Shown here: in pieces, positions 11,782 through 25,425 of the stretch | How positions within the stretch are numbered: the first letter of the stretch is position 1 | Layout of the letters: each line of letters begins with the position of its first letter | NCBI RefSeq assembly: GCF_006345805.1 | Contig: NC_043009.1 | Span: 14,012,001-14,076,000, forward strand | Direction: 5' to 3' | Length of the DNA stretch: 64,000 nt | DNA from: Octopus sinensis | Lineage: Eukaryota | Notes under the pieces: generated by a model | What the model saw: only the letters and a program-made list of their open reading frames with translations | What the model was told of the DNA's origin: nothing | Databases searched by the model: none | Position numbers and translations under genes: made by a program

Positions 11782-12829
11782 TATACTCTACTACATTGTA
11801 CTGTATTAAAATTCTGCTCTGCTACACTCGGTTGGTTGAAATAATTGACAAAATTGCAGTGACTTCATATTTTGACAAAAATAAACAGTTTTAATCTACG
11901 AGGCTTAATGGTAGAAGCAAAGTTAAGGAATGTTATTTCCAACAATGTAATGCGAGTGAATCCAAAAGTTGCAGTCTTTCGATGATGCAACAATGTTAAG
12001 AATAATCATTCCACAGAGGTCGATTTCGTCTTTGTCGTTCGTCCTATCGCTGGGGGGGGGGTCGAGGTAATCGACTTATCTCCTCCCCTTGGGGTTAAAC
12101 AACAACGGCTACAACGAGCCAAAGAAGGAACCTCTGGGTGGTCTCTTTCTATGATAAGAACTGTAGTCAAACTTCCCTTAAACCACATTATCACCTTTAA
12201 AAAAATAAGATATGAAATAATGGTTTCCTAGTGCCATAATTTGAAACTTATACCACTGCAACACTTACACAGTCATCCCAACTATCACCATACACTGTCA
12301 CGTGATCACTTGACTTGCTGGAAATAGTAACCAGTTTTCCCTTAGAACACATTCTACTGTCTTAAATAAAGACAGGACTCGAGATATTACATTCTTACAT
12401 TTCTTAAATTGCCTTCAGTCGTATGTCTATTTAATCTGGTGGCTTGAGGTTAAGCAACAACAACCAATACACTATTTTGAACCAGTGAAAGAACATCTTT
12501 GTAATCACCTAACCCGCTAGAAATAGAAACCAAATTTTACAATCTTATAAAGAAAAGGATACATTGATTAATGTAATGGAAAATATGCAATACCTGGGCG
12601 AAAATGGGATGGTCATAGCTGGAACGCCTTTATTCATCGATCTGCTTAAAACAACATACACTAAGCTCACCTTCAAACACCTGTAGTATGAACAATAATG
12701 ACCATCGAATGTTCGAAATGGCAGTCAACTCTCCCTCAAATCTCTGGAGGGAAAAGGCTGTGAATGATCCCGCCTAAATTACGAACCTTCTCGTGCTGTA
12801 TCACAGTCGATTTCGGTAAGAGAGAGAGG

Positions 12830-13038
12830 AGAGATAGACAGATAAAGAGGTAGGGAGAAGAAGGACAGAAAGAAAGAAAGGACGAAGGAAAGAAAGGAAG
12901 GAAAATAGGAAGAAAGAAAGAAAGAAAGAAAGAAATAAAGAGAGGGAGGGAGATGGAGAAAGAAAGAAAGAAAGAAAGAAGAAAGAAAGAAAGAGAGAGA
13001 GAGAGAGGGAGAAAGAAAGAAAGAAAGAAAGGAAAAGA

Positions 13039-13072
<34 letters not shown>

Positions 13073-13242
13073 AAAGAGAGAGATGGAGAAAGAAAGAAAT
13101 AAAGAAATAAAGAGGGAAAAAGAAAGGAAGGAAAAGACGAAGAAAGAAGAAAGAAAGAAAGAAGGATGGAGAAAGAAAGAAATAAATAAAGAAAGAGGGA
13201 GAAAGAAAGGAAGGAAAAGACGAAGAAAGAAAGAAAGAAAGC

Positions 13243-13282
<40 letters not shown>

Positions 13283-13295
13283 AGGATGGTAAGAA
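12830..13295. repeat. Long polypurine (GAAA)n/(GA)n tract
   Basis: Direct reading; explains ORFs 12779..13333, 12801..13244 and 13083..13292. Confidence 0.95.
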
Positions 13296-13876
13296 AGAAA
13301 TTTGACTACATACTTGAATAGTATTATCAACATACGAAAGGCCGAAAAATGAACCTGACGTCAGTTGGGTTTGAACTTACCAAAAGATATCGCACGGCGA
13401 ACTTAGAAACAGATATTGCATGGCTTTTAACCCTGCTCCCCATAAACCAGCTACTCTCACCACGGGGCCCTCCTCCTCTACCTACATCACAATCACCACC
13501 CAGTCCGGACACGTGAGAGCATGAATGAAAACATCTACAGCGATAGCGAATACTCTAGAATCCATTCAGGATTGTGGGGCGTGGGGAAAGATAAAACGAA
13601 CTTTAACAAAAACAACAAGAAAAAAGTTCCTTAAATGTTCTTTGCTCAATATATCAACCAAGAGATTGTAGGTTCGATCGGCATCTCTGGCGCCGATATC
13701 TTTTTTTTGATGTAAAGTATGTGTCGGAAATGGAGCTGAGATGAAAGTCGGAATTCGTTTGAAAACGTTGTCGCTCCCTTTTCATGTTGGCCTAAGATGA
13801 AGTCGGCAATTGACCACTGGTCACTTCACTGTTTAATGTGTTTATGTGTGGAGATGTGTATTCGTGTGTGTGTGCT

Positions 13877-14082
13877 TGTATGTGTGAGTCTGTGGAGGGT
13901 GTTTTTTATCTACCCGTTTGTGCTCCGTGTGTATGTGGGAGTCCTGTGGAGGGTGTTTATGTACCCGTTTGTGCTCGTGTTGTATGTGGGAGTCTGTGGA
14001 GGGTGTTTATGTACCCGTTTGTGCTCGTGGCGTGTATGTGTGAGTCTGTGGAGGGTGTTTATATCTGCTTGTTTGTGCTCGT
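13877..14082. repeat. Minisatellite, ~4 copies of a ~52-bp unit
   Basis: Unit 'tgtatgtg(t/g)gagtctgtggagggtgtttatgtacccgtttgtgctcgtg' starting near 13877, 13930, 13981 and 14033. Confidence 0.9.
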
Positions 14083-14121
14083 CTGACCATAAATGCGCGC
14101 AAATGTGTATGTATCAAACAT

Positions 14122-14221
14122 NNNNNNNNNNNNNNNNNNNNNNNNNNNNNNNNNNNNNNNNNNNNNNNNNNNNNNNNNNNNNNNNNNNNNNNNNNNNNNN
14201 NNNNNNNNNNNNNNNNNNNNN
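14122..14221. other. Assembly gap (100 N)
   Basis: Direct reading. Confidence 1.
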
Positions 14222-15240
14222 TTCTGAGCTGAACCCCCGTTGGGTGTCAGGGAACAAAGCATTATCTTCTACGAACGTGACAGCTTCCTCCTGACAATGC
14301 GTTCCATAACTTTGCTGACATGAGAGACGCCTATGATATTTAGCGCCCGCTGCTGCTATTTCCTTTATGCATAGAACATTTCATGCTTTCATTAACATGC
14401 AGGGAAGTCTCCCAGTTGCCTTGAGCTTTGGAGAGGATCTTCTATACTGCTTTTTACTCGACCCCTTTGCGTCTCTTCAAGAGGAGTGCCGGGAACCATC
14501 AGGGCCCGTGGCTGATTTTAAGAACATATTACATAAGTTTCTTCTATTTTGATGTAATCAACATTGACATCGCTTTGTGTAGGGTTGTGTCCCCAACTTT
14601 TGCATTGCACATTTAGTATTTCGCTTATCCTCTGGGTTCTGCTGTCAGTGAGCCAATTTTTTCAAACATTGGGCCCTATCTGTACTGAAGCAGACTCTTT
14701 TTGCAAATCAATAGAAGTATTGTCTTTACATTTTTTATAGTCTTGGCTTCTTTCTCTGCGCTCTCCTTTACATGGGAGTGTTTGAATTCGCTTTCAAACT
14801 AAAGCAATGTATATTTTTTCGTTATCCTTAGTGGCTCACTTGGACTGTTTAAGATTTTTACTTCTCGTCTCATTAGAATCTTCCTATCCATGGGTATTAT
14901 GTATTTACGTCGGTATGACAGTCTCTCTGGATTAAACATTTGCCATGCACGATATACCATGCATGATTGTCATAACATGCTGTTGCTTTATGTCAATACC
15001 TTGCTTTATGAGGCTGGAAGAGGAGTTTCGTTTCCTGACCTTTTTCTGACTATCTTTTCAATCAGCATTACGAAAGCTCAGGCTGGAGAGGAGTTGGCTG
15101 CTTCTAATAGTCTGTATGACTGCAGTTTTCTGCAGACTACATTATTAGTCCAACGCTGTTCTGTACGACTCTATTTAATCAACTCCATTTTTACCAAGCT
15201 TTACACATACCAACAAATTTATTGGTTGCTCTTCTAATAT
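14222..15240 (-). mobile_element. Degenerate CR1-type LINE fragment (RT N-terminal region)
   Basis: Minus-strand 'KSATGPDG' and 'SHVSKVMERIVRRK', 'TFVEDNALFPDTQRG' across frameshifts; same family as 60060-61815. Confidence 0.8.
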
Positions 15241-15559
15241 ATCAAAGCTATCGTTCTGATAGGGCTATGAAAAACGAATTTTGTATTCGAGGCTAATGAC
15301 CCGTAACAACGCATGAAAGTATACGACCCTCAATCCATTGACGCCAGTCATAGTCCAATATTCTCTGGCGCGTGTTGCCTAAGAGTAAACATTTTCCCCG
15401 AGACTCTTTCCGCAGCGAAAGGTTTCCTAAGGTTCGATTATGCACGATTATCATTATACATGCATATATTTTATTCAACAATGCTTCAAAGAACTCTAAT
15501 TAATACACGCATACGCGCGCACACACGCAAACTAACATTTATAAGCGTAACCTAATACA

Positions 15560-15990
15560 TGCTTATCATACACCGTCCACGCTTCCGCATTTGCTCCTAC
15601 CTCTCCAACACCACCATCCTCAAAGGCATCCATCATAATCCCTATCATAACATTAACTCCTTTACCTGCACTTCTAGCAACGTCATTTACTGCATCTCCT
15701 GCTTTTTCTGGCCTTCCCTGTACATCGGTCAAACGGGACACCACTTGGCTGACCGGTTCGCGGAGCACCTCCGAGAATTAGACTCGGCAATGATACCCCG
15801 GTCTCGCGCCATTTCTCATCTACCGGTCACTCATTACAACACCTGTCTGTGTTCGGATTGTCTTTGCACAGAGGCCATCCGGACAACCGTCTTCATCATG
15901 AACAAAAATTACTCTTCTCTCTTTGTTCCTTTGCGCCTCATGGGCTCAACTCCGCTCTCCTCTTCATCTGACACCTACTTCCTCTCTTCA
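15560..15990 (+). mobile_element. Penelope-like element GIY-YIG endonuclease remnant
   Basis: ORF 15559..16017 contains 'FTCTSSNVIYCISC...LYIGQTG..LADRFAEHLR'. Confidence 0.88.
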
Positions 15991-16259
15991 TTCCTACTCA
16001 CCTTCTCCCTTCATTGATACCCTTTTTTCCACCCACACCCCTACACATCCCACTCCCACATATCCCACCCTACTCCCAAACCCACACCCCAACACCGCCA
16101 CATCACAACACACACCATATCACACCACCCCGCACACACTAGCACTCATCACTTTCCAGTACCTGCACCATCATCCACACACCCACACATTGCAGACGCA
16201 CACACACTCACACATTCAAGTGTGACTGTGTTTCTGATTGCAATATACGTATATTACAT

Positions 16260-16895
<636 letters not shown>

Positions 16896-16955
16896 TATTG
16901 ATAAAGTAAGCCAGAAAGAGACCTCAATATTATGTAAATAGACGATTTATCAAAT

Positions 16956-17074
16956 AATATGTGACAATTATTCGGGTCGCCAATGACTCTGTTCAGAGGA
17001 TGGCGGCGAGGATTTCTACCCCGACATCTGAAACTCGGAGTTTTATCATGGCTACCGAATAATTGTCACATATT
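16956..17074 (+). ncRNA. Long hairpin with a degenerate hammerhead-like motif at its apex (PLE-type terminal fragment)
   Basis: Perfect 20-bp inverted repeat 16956-16975/17055-17074 enclosing CAGAGGA-(stem II)-GAAAC-UCGGAG-UU; the core deviates (U4A) and stem II is imperfect. Confidence 0.45.
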
Positions 17075-17386
17075 ACATTTACATATATATATGTGTGTGT
17101 GTGTGTATGTGTGTGTTTGTGTGTGTGAGTGTGTGTGTATATAAACATGTATAAATAGGAACCGTACATACGCGTGTACACATGCACACATACACTCACA
17201 CACACACACACACACACACACACATTTACGTCTATCCAAATTCATTCGCGAAGTTTTGTTAAAGAAAATTGCACGTCACGCATCGTTTTCCATGTTTGTG
17301 GAAAAAAATACATTACATCATTCAGTCATTCACACAGACATACACTCACGCACACCGACACATACATACTTTCATGCATACATACA

Positions 17387-17436
<50 letters not shown>

Positions 17437-17639
17437 CACATAAACACTCACACACACACACAAATACATATAATTTAACTTCCGACGTATGCGTATATAA
17501 ATAAATGTGTGTTTATGTGTTTTTCTCTCTGTTTTTGCGTGTACGTGCGCTTGTGATATGTTTCTGACGTTGCTTTAACGGGCTAAAATACTAAAGATCG
17601 CACGTGTTAGGTGCGTTGTCAACATTTCAAATATAATAT

Positions 17640-18100
17640 AGGAAGTATCAGGTGAAAGTGTGTCTAGAGACGGTGGCTCTTGACCGATGGCACCGCTACC
17701 TCCCCCAGGCACTTGAAGCAAGCCTCAGTTTTGAATCTGAGGATGTGTGGGAAGTCGAATGGAGGCACAACGTCGTCATCACTTGCGATCACTCCAAACG
17801 CCATGATATTGACTGGATGGTTGATTTTTATCACTCTCATTACATGTCTTCAGATTGAACTGTCCTCACCTTGACACCCAAACACTCTGAAATGTTCATG
17901 TTGGAGCTTCCGGCGCGAATGCCAAGCAGTACAGCATGTCGTTTCGAAATTTCTGGCAGAGTGAATTGCGTCATGGTGCTGTTTTTCCCACAGACGGTGC
18001 CCAACTGACCCTACTATACTCTGCAGTTGATAAAACTAAGAACAATGCACATATGCGAAATTAAAAATAGCAAATGGTGATTATTTACCCATCGCATCCT
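17640..18100 (-). mobile_element. Internally deleted maT/Tc1-mariner element
   Basis: Reverse complement aligns with 26829-27230 including terminus 'gatgcgatgggtaaat' and the same internal deletion. Confidence 0.85.
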
Positions 18101-18182
18101 ACACACACACACACACATGTCTATATGTATGTGTGTGTTTATCTGTGTATAGTGTATATATGTATGTATGTATTTATGTATG

Positions 18183-18216
<34 letters not shown>

Positions 18217-18341
18217 TAGATAGATAGATAGATAGATATAGATATAAGCGAATGTATATGTATATATGTATGTATGTTTGTATGTATGTATATATACATA
18301 TGTATATATATATATATGTAATGTATGTATGTTTGTATATA

Positions 18342-18380
<39 letters not shown>

Positions 18381-18848
18381 GTATATACGTGCATGCTTGC
18401 ATACATACATACATACAAGCATACACACAATAGAACCATCGGCTTTGTTTCATTATTATTATTATCACTAGACTGTGACTTTGTAATCCTTAACTCGTGT
18501 CACACCTGTTGTGTTATGTCCACGGCACGTCTGGACAACCGCTAAGATACAATGATCAGCTGGATTTCGCTAATTCAGACAAGCTCAGATTATTTTATTT
18601 AATTTTTTTGAATTAACTTTTTCTTTCTTTCGTTCAAGTGAAGATCAGTAATGGTCAAGTGGGTCTAAATAACAGTAGGGTGGTCCAGGTGTTGTATGTT
18701 CTCGTCATGCTGCTACCGACATCGTGTTTGGATGTCTCTGCAATCATTAAAAGCATCCTCATCTCTTTGCTGCACAACCGTAAGAGATAGGGTTGCAGAA
18801 ATTTTCATTGTGGTTTGCCCCATGTCATTCAGAATAATGGCATGCGTA

Positions 18849-19060
18849 TACTCTTTTACTTGTTTCAGTCATTTGACTGCGGCCATGCTGGAGCACCGCC
18901 TTTAGTCGAGCAAATCGACCCCGGGACTTATTCTGTGTAAGCCCAGTACTTATTCTATCGGTTCTTTTGCCGAACCGCTAAGTGACGTGGACGTAAACAC
19001 ACACCAGCATCGGTTGTCAAGCAATGCTAGGGGGACAAACACAGACACACAAACATACAT

Positions 19061-19111
<51 letters not shown>

Positions 19112-19273
19112 CGCAGGCTTCTTTCAGTTTCCGTCTACCAAATCCACTCGCAAGGCATTGGTCGCCCGAGGCTATAGCAGACGAACACTTGCCCAAGATG
19201 CCACGCAGTGGGACTGAACCCGGAACCATGTGGTTGGTAAACAAGCTACTTACCACACAGCCACTCCTGCGCC
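18849..19273 (-). mobile_element. Family C SINE, full length
   Basis: Head 'ggcgcaggagtggctgtgtggtaag', internal (TA)n/(TG)n, stem-loop tail and 'gtaaaagagta'. Confidence 0.95.
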
Positions 19274-19282
19274 TATATATTT

Positions 19283-19695
19283 ATTTCTTTACCACCCTCA
19301 AGGGTCTAAACATAGAGGGAACAAACAAGGACAGACAAAGGGCTTAAGTCGGTGACATCGACCCCAGTGCGTAACCGGTACTTAATTTATCGACCCCGAA
19401 AGGATAAAAGGCAAAGTCAACCTCAGCGGAATTTGAACTCAGAACGTAACGGCAGACGAAATACCTATTTCTTTACTACCCACAAGGGGGTAAACACAGA
19501 GGAGACAAACAAGGACAGACAAAGGGCTTAAGTCGGTCACATCGATCCCAATGCGTAACTGGTACTTAATTTATCGACTCCGAAAGGATGAAAGGCAAAG
19601 TCGACCTCGGCGGAATTTGAACTCAGAACGTAACGGCAGCCGAAATACCGCTAAGCATTTCGACCGACGTGCTAACGTTTCTGTCAGCTCGCTGC
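19283..19695 (-). mobile_element. Family A SINE head-to-tail homodimer
   Basis: Head + body-tail1 + junction 'aaagaaata|ggtatttcgtc' + body-tail1; both units share a private variant (plus-strand 'gggcttaagtcgg'). Confidence 0.92.
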
Positions 19696-19744
19696 CGTTA
19701 GATGACATACATATATTAATGCATACATAACATACATACATACA

Positions 19745-20110
19745 GTAAGCCTGGTACTTATCCTATCGTCCACTTTTGCTGAACTGTCACGTTACAGGGA
19801 TATCAACACACCAACACCGGTTGTCAAGCAGTGGTGGGGTCAAACATACACACACACACACACACGTACACACACACACGTACACACACATGTACACACA
19901 CACACGTACACACACATATAAACACAGGCACATACACGCATATACTACAGGCTTCTTTCAGTTTCCTTCTACCAATTCCTCTCAAAAGGATTTGGTCGAC
20001 TTGAAGCTGTAGTAGAAGGCACGTGCCCAAGGTGTTACGCAGTGGGACTGAACCCAGAACCATGTGGTTTGGAAGCAATCTTTTTACTATACAGTCATGC
20101 CTACGCCTAT
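19745..20110 (-). mobile_element. Family C SINE (3'-truncated)
   Basis: Same head and body motifs as 18849-19273. Confidence 0.85.
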
Positions 20111-20634
20111 AAATAATGTTTTGTGGGACGAACGATTATGGATCAAATATTTTATTCACTCAGACGTATCTTTGAGTACATTATTCTATCTGGCCTAAGA
20201 CATCTTCTTTTAAACTTGTCACATCTTAGAATATACATACATTCATGCATACACAGTTACATACATATATACATACATACATACACACATACATACATAC
20301 ATACATACATACATACATACATACATACATACACATACATACATACATACATACATACATGTATACATACATGCACATATGTGTGTGTGTATGTGTGTGT
20401 GTGTAAGGGAGGAAGATAGATACATAGAGTGAGAGTGAGGGAGAGAGAGAGAGAGATAAAAGGGGGAGAGCGGGAGAAAAGGAAAAAGAGAAAGAGATTG
20501 TGGAAATGCTTACGGTTGGAAAAATCCTTACTTTTAGAGGCCCTCCGGGCGACTGTTTTCTTCTATCATCCTGGGTCAACCAAAGCCTTGTGATTGGATT
20601 TTATAGACCGAAACTGAAAGAAGTCCGTCGTATA

Positions 20635-20900
20635 TACGGGGTCTGATCAAAATGTATTGGGACTGGTGCTATAGAACAAATGATGGCTTCAACTTGTCGG
20701 ATTGGAAGCCGTCTCACATTCAGACCGATTGATGCCATTTACTTTCATCCTTGCATGTCTGCAGATGTAACTTTTCACGGCACGCATCCGTCACCGTAGC
20801 ACTTTATAAAATGCCAAACGAATCAAGAAAGGAAATGATGGTGAGACATCTATACGTCATTGGATTTAAGTGACAAAAGCTTTTAAACTGATTTTGTTAC
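20635..20900. mobile_element. Mariner-like terminal fragment inserted at the TA of a family C SINE remnant
   Basis: 'ta-cggggtctgatcaaaatgtattgggactg' resembles a mariner TIR and directly follows family C 'aagtccgtcgtata'. Confidence 0.45.
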
Positions 20901-20924
20901 TCTCTCGGTCGCCATAGTAGTTCT

Positions 20925-21242
20925 AGTGATCAGCATCCATTAGAGATAGTTGACTCTCGTTCGTAAGGTCCTGAGTTTGAATTCCGGTGGTACGTTGTGT
21001 ATTTGAACAAGACACTTTATTTCAGGTTACTTCAGTCCACTCAAATGGCAAAAATAAGTTGAACGTGTATTTCAAAGGGCCAGCCGTGTCACATTCTGTA
21101 TCACACTGAATCTCCCAGAGAACTGTGTTAAGGGTACGTATGTCTGCGGATTGCTTAGCCGCTTGCATGTTAATTTCCCGTGCTGTGTGTTCCGCTAACC
21201 AGATCAACTGGAACACTCGTCGTAACCGACGGAGTACCAGTT
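20925..21242 (+). mobile_element. Family G-head SINE with body Y
   Basis: 'ttgaacaagacactttatttc' + 'gtatttcaaagggccagcc..gtcaca' + tail 'cgtcgtaaccgacggag'. Confidence 0.8.
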
Positions 21243-21786
21243 AAAGTTAAGTTATATGCCAGAGTATGTTCTCAAAGAGGCTACCTTTGTGATAAATAAC
21301 AAGCGCTCCTGGGAAATCTATTTGACCCATAAAGGAAACCCTTACAAGCACCATCCTTTCGAGTCAGAACAGACTTAGGAGCAATGGTAATTAAAGGAGA
21401 CTTCACCTTTGCCACAATACCGGAACTCCCGAACTGTCTCACCACCGGATGCAGTTTATGTCATACCCATAGGTATATAATCAATGTACGCATGTTATTA
21501 TGTTTGTATTTCTCTGCCAACCCACAGCTCAACAATCGGTGTTGATCTGTTTACGTACCAGTGACTATGCAATTCAGCAAAAGATACCGATTAAAAAAGT
21601 ACCAGGCTTCAAACATAACTACAGGGATCGATTCAGGCAGCGATTATACCCTTCAAAGCAGTGCTCGAGTATTGCCCGAGATTAATGACTGAAACAGGTA
21701 GAAATAAAACATAAAAATTAAACTGCTTGGTTAGGGCTGCCCTAAGGATAAACAACAAACCACTAACAACAACAGCAACAAGTGTA

Positions 21787-22148
21787 GGCGCAATGGCCAA
21801 AAGGTTAGGGCAGCGGACTCGCGGTCGGAGGATCGCGGTTTCGATTCCCAGACCGGGCGCTGTGTGTGTTTATTGAGCGAAAACACCTAAGAGCTCCACG
21901 CGGCTCCGACAGGGGATGGTGACGACCCCTGTTGTACTCTTTCGCTCCAACTTTTTCTCACTCTTTCTTCTTGTTTCTTGTCCCCGACTTCCTACGCAAC
22001 CGTTGAATCTGGATGTGCATTCATCCATCCGTTGATGCTCTCGGTGTCGGGGGTTGACCTGCTTTCTCTTCTGCGGGTCTTACGAATAGCAAAGGACCAC
22101 GTTTCAGACTTCTCTCGAAGACAGCTTCGCTCAACAAAGAGCAACAAG
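21787..22148 (+). mobile_element. Family B-head SINE with a distinct 3' module (tail Z)
   Basis: B head and linker identical in type to 22684-23000 and 33154-33645, diverging after 'ctctttcttcttgtttct' into a sequence not seen elsewhere in the window. Confidence 0.85.
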
Positions 22149-22683
22149 AGTTACATCCACCACGAAACTACTACAGTCAGTTCTAGACCTTACAGCCATT
22201 ATCACCCTTTATACATACAATACAGCTGTCGTACAAGCAATGACAGTTATAGTCAGACTGTAGGACACCTTATCACTACGTTGGCTTAAGGCTGATAAAT
22301 CTTAGATAAGCCGGTTATTAGATAAGCTAGCAGGGTAGATAAAAAGATATTATTACATCATAACATACAATAGAATCTGTAAATAGAAAGGTCAACGAAC
22401 AATGAATGACCAACATACTGTCCTCATTCACACCGTACCAATATAAGGGTGAGGGTGGACTACACGACTGAGTTATCAGGATGTATTAATGATTTTGCTT
22501 AGGTAACCTTGATAAAGTGCCCTGTGAAGTTACCCGAATGTAGACAGTTGTTACAATGTATGAATGTACTGGATATACCCGATGTGTTGTAATACTGGAT
22601 TTGCATATTTCCTTTGAAGGAATGCTGTGATAGCCAAGAGTCTGAAAGGTGGATTTACCGTACGTGCAGCCTTAATTTCAATA

Positions 22684-23000
22684 AACGATAAACGTCGCCC
22701 TTTTCAAGCCTAGCCAGGCTCATGGGCCCAGTTTCCCGGTTTCTGTGGCGTATGTGTTCCCCCCAGCTGGACGGGACGCCAGTCCATCGCAGCGTTACTC
22801 AAGAAACATGAAGAGAGAGTGAGAGAAAGCTGTGGCGAAAGAATACAACAGGGGTCGTTACCTCCCCCCTGCCGAAGCCTTGTGGAGCTTTTAGGTGTTT
22901 TCAATCAATAAACACACACAACGCCCGGTCTTGGAATCGAAACTGCGATCCTCCGACCGCGAGTCCGCTGCCCAAACCACTGGGCCATTGCGCCTCTACT
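22684..23000 (-). mobile_element. Family B-head SINE with body X, 14-bp TSD
   Basis: TSD ccttaatttcaata at 22670-22683 and 23001-23014. Confidence 0.92.
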
Positions 23001-23024
23001 CCTTAATTTCAATAGCGATTTAAA

Positions 23025-23205
23025 AAATTCAGTAATATGTTCTTCATTTTTCACGACATTTTTGGCAACGGTCCACTAGTTTGACATTGCATTGACAATA
23101 GAAATCATCGGGCGTTGACTCGAAGAATTCTTGGCGTCACGTTATCAGCCCCACATCATTAAACGAAACGTCCCGTTGGCGGTTGGAGAGCGAGCAAAAT
23201 TGATA
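23025..23205 (-). pseudogene. Mariner transposase C-terminal fragment
   Basis: 'SLSN..RDVSFND....EFFES.PDDFY'; related to 50795-50950. Confidence 0.7.
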
Positions 23206-23227
23206 ATAATCTAAAAGTGGATACAAG

Positions 23228-23690
23228 GAAACTTCCCAACTAAGCTCTTTTATACGGTTTTGGTCCAAATCCTTCAAAGCCACAGTCGAACCAATTCTAC
23301 TATATGGCTCAGAAACTTGGATGTTATCAAAGAATCTTGAGAGGCGGTTGGATGGAACTTACACTCGCCTCCTTATGAGAGCTCAAAATCTCTCGTGGAA
23401 GCGTCATCCAACCAAAGTACAAATATATGGGAAATTACCACCTGTGTCATCTCTTGTGAAAAGTAGAAGTGTCCAGTTTGCTGGACATTGTTGTAGAGCT
23501 GAAAACGAGGTAATCTCTACTCTTCTCCTATGGAAGCCATCTGCTCGCGATACCAGAGGGCGCACACTCTCCTACCCTGATGTAATCTCCAGGGATACAG
23601 GCATCCAGCAAAAGGACATCCGTAATGTTATGATGGACCGTGAGATCTGGCTTAACATAGTAAATTCCATTGTCTCGACTACGGTCGAAC
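23228..23690 (+). mobile_element. 5'-truncated RTE-type LINE (ORF2 C-terminus)
   Basis: 'FKATVEPILLYGSETW...LDGTYTRLL...QFAGHCCR' (ORF 23321..23956), followed by a (CA)n tract. Confidence 0.88.
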
Positions 23691-23722
23691 ACACGCACAC
23701 ACACACACACCACACACACACA

Positions 23723-23759
<37 letters not shown>

Positions 23760-24164
23760 CACACACCACCACACACACCCACACACACACACCACACACA
23801 CACACACACACACCACACACACACACACCCACACACACACACACACACACACCCACACACATACACTTACATACACAGGGTGCGATGGGTAAATTGTATT
23901 CATATACATCACCCCCAAAAGATGGAATAGTCATGGTCGGAATGGTTGAATCGTAGGTCTGCTCGATTAAGGAGGACTTTGAGGTCAACAGCCATAACTA
24001 TATGTTTAAACAGTTCCCCTGTTCATATGGTTCGGGCTTCCATTTCATTGAGCAGCATTTTGGGCAAATGTCTTGAACCATAGACTCGAAGAGACCAATA
24101 TTTCTTGAATGGAATTTTGGAGACGGAAGAATGCTGTGTGTATGCGAACGCGCGAATTAATTTT

Positions 24165-24650
24165 TTATTTTTTATTTATTTCAGTCATTAGACTGCAGCC
24201 GTTGCTGGGGTACAGCCTTGGAGGGTTTCGTAGAACAAATCGAACACAGTATTATAATTTTATAAGCCTGGTACTTATTCTATCGGTCAATTTGTCGAAC
24301 TGCTAAGTGATCGAAAGGTAAGCAAAGCAACATCAGTTGTCAAGAGTTTGTGGGGGACAAACACAAGCATGAAAACACGTACACATACGCGCACGCAATC
24401 ACACACAGACTGAGAGACACAGACACAGACACATACACACACACAGACAAAAGCTCTCACACACACTCACACGTACACACACACAAACACTCACACACGC
24501 ACACACATGATGGGCTTATTTTAGTTTTCGTCTAACAAATACAAGGCTTTTGTCCGTCCAGTGCCATAGAAGACGCACGCCCAAAGTTCCACGCAGTGGG
24601 ACCGAACTCGGAAGCATATGGTTGAACACTAAACTTCTTACCACACAGCT
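24165..24650 (-). mobile_element. Family C SINE, diverged
   Basis: Tail 'tttcagtcattagactg', internal (CA)n, head near 24640. Confidence 0.8.
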
Positions 24651-24781
24651 ATCCTTTGAAAACCGAAAAAATCACTGCTTTGCGAACGAAGTTCTTTAAG
24701 ATACTTGCTTTACGTCAAGTTACAAACCTTTTTCACACGTCTCAATGTCAAAAATGCAGGGGCACAGCGATTAGTCCAATG

Positions 24782-25085
24782 TTGTTGTTCCTTCTTGAGC
24801 CATGCGTGGCTCACAAGGGCCGATTTCCCGGTTTCCTTGGCGTATAGGTTCCCCACCTGGACGGGACGCCGGTCCGTCGCAGGTGAGCTGCAAGATGCAG
24901 GAGGAAAGAGTGAGAGAAAGTTGTGGTGAAAGTCTCAGCAGAAGTTCGCCATTACCTTCTGCTGGAGCCGCGTGGAGCTTAGGTGTTTCGCTCATAAACA
25001 CACACATCGCCCGGTCTGAGTTTCGAACCCACGATCCCTCGACCGCGAGTCCGCTACTCTAACCACTAGGACATGTGCCTCCACT
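24782..25085 (-). mobile_element. Family B-like head SINE with body X, 13-bp TSD
   Basis: TSD gattagtccaatg at 24769-24781 and 25086-25098; (AAC)n tail. Confidence 0.92.
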
Positions 25086-25160
25086 GATTAGTCCAATGGG
25101 AACCTTCGAATAACTACAACAAAAGGAATTCAAAGTGAAGGATATATCAATCTTTTACTG

Positions 25161-25425
25161 CAGTGGTCCTCATCCATGGTCCATATGACCCTTAGTGGGG
25201 GGGTCCATGTAAGATTTTGCTGTTAAAATTTATCTGCAATGAATTGATTATACTTTTACAATGCACAAAATATTTTAGCAATTTTCTTAATACAATTTCT
25301 AATGATATTTAATAAAAATATAATGGAATTTTTCACACATCGAATGGCTATGGGGGCCCAGTAGAGTAAAAACAGGAACCAAAGGGCGACCGTGTCCGTA
25401 GGTAAAAAATGATTAAGATACATTA
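25161..25425. mobile_element. hAT-type MITE, degenerate
   Basis: Begins 'cagtggtcctcatcc' (CAGTGG-type TIR); decayed complementary right end. Confidence 0.45.

Noticed and set aside
12779-13333. Long ORFs rich in F/L/S or E/R/K
   Set aside because: Translations of the (GAAA)n tract.
13340-13440. Possible Ser/Leu-type tRNA on the minus strand
   Set aside because: Too degenerate to fold or assign an anticodon; at most a tRNA-derived relic.
13877-14082. CRISPR-like array
   Set aside because: Tandem units without unique spacers, in eukaryotic context with no cas genes.
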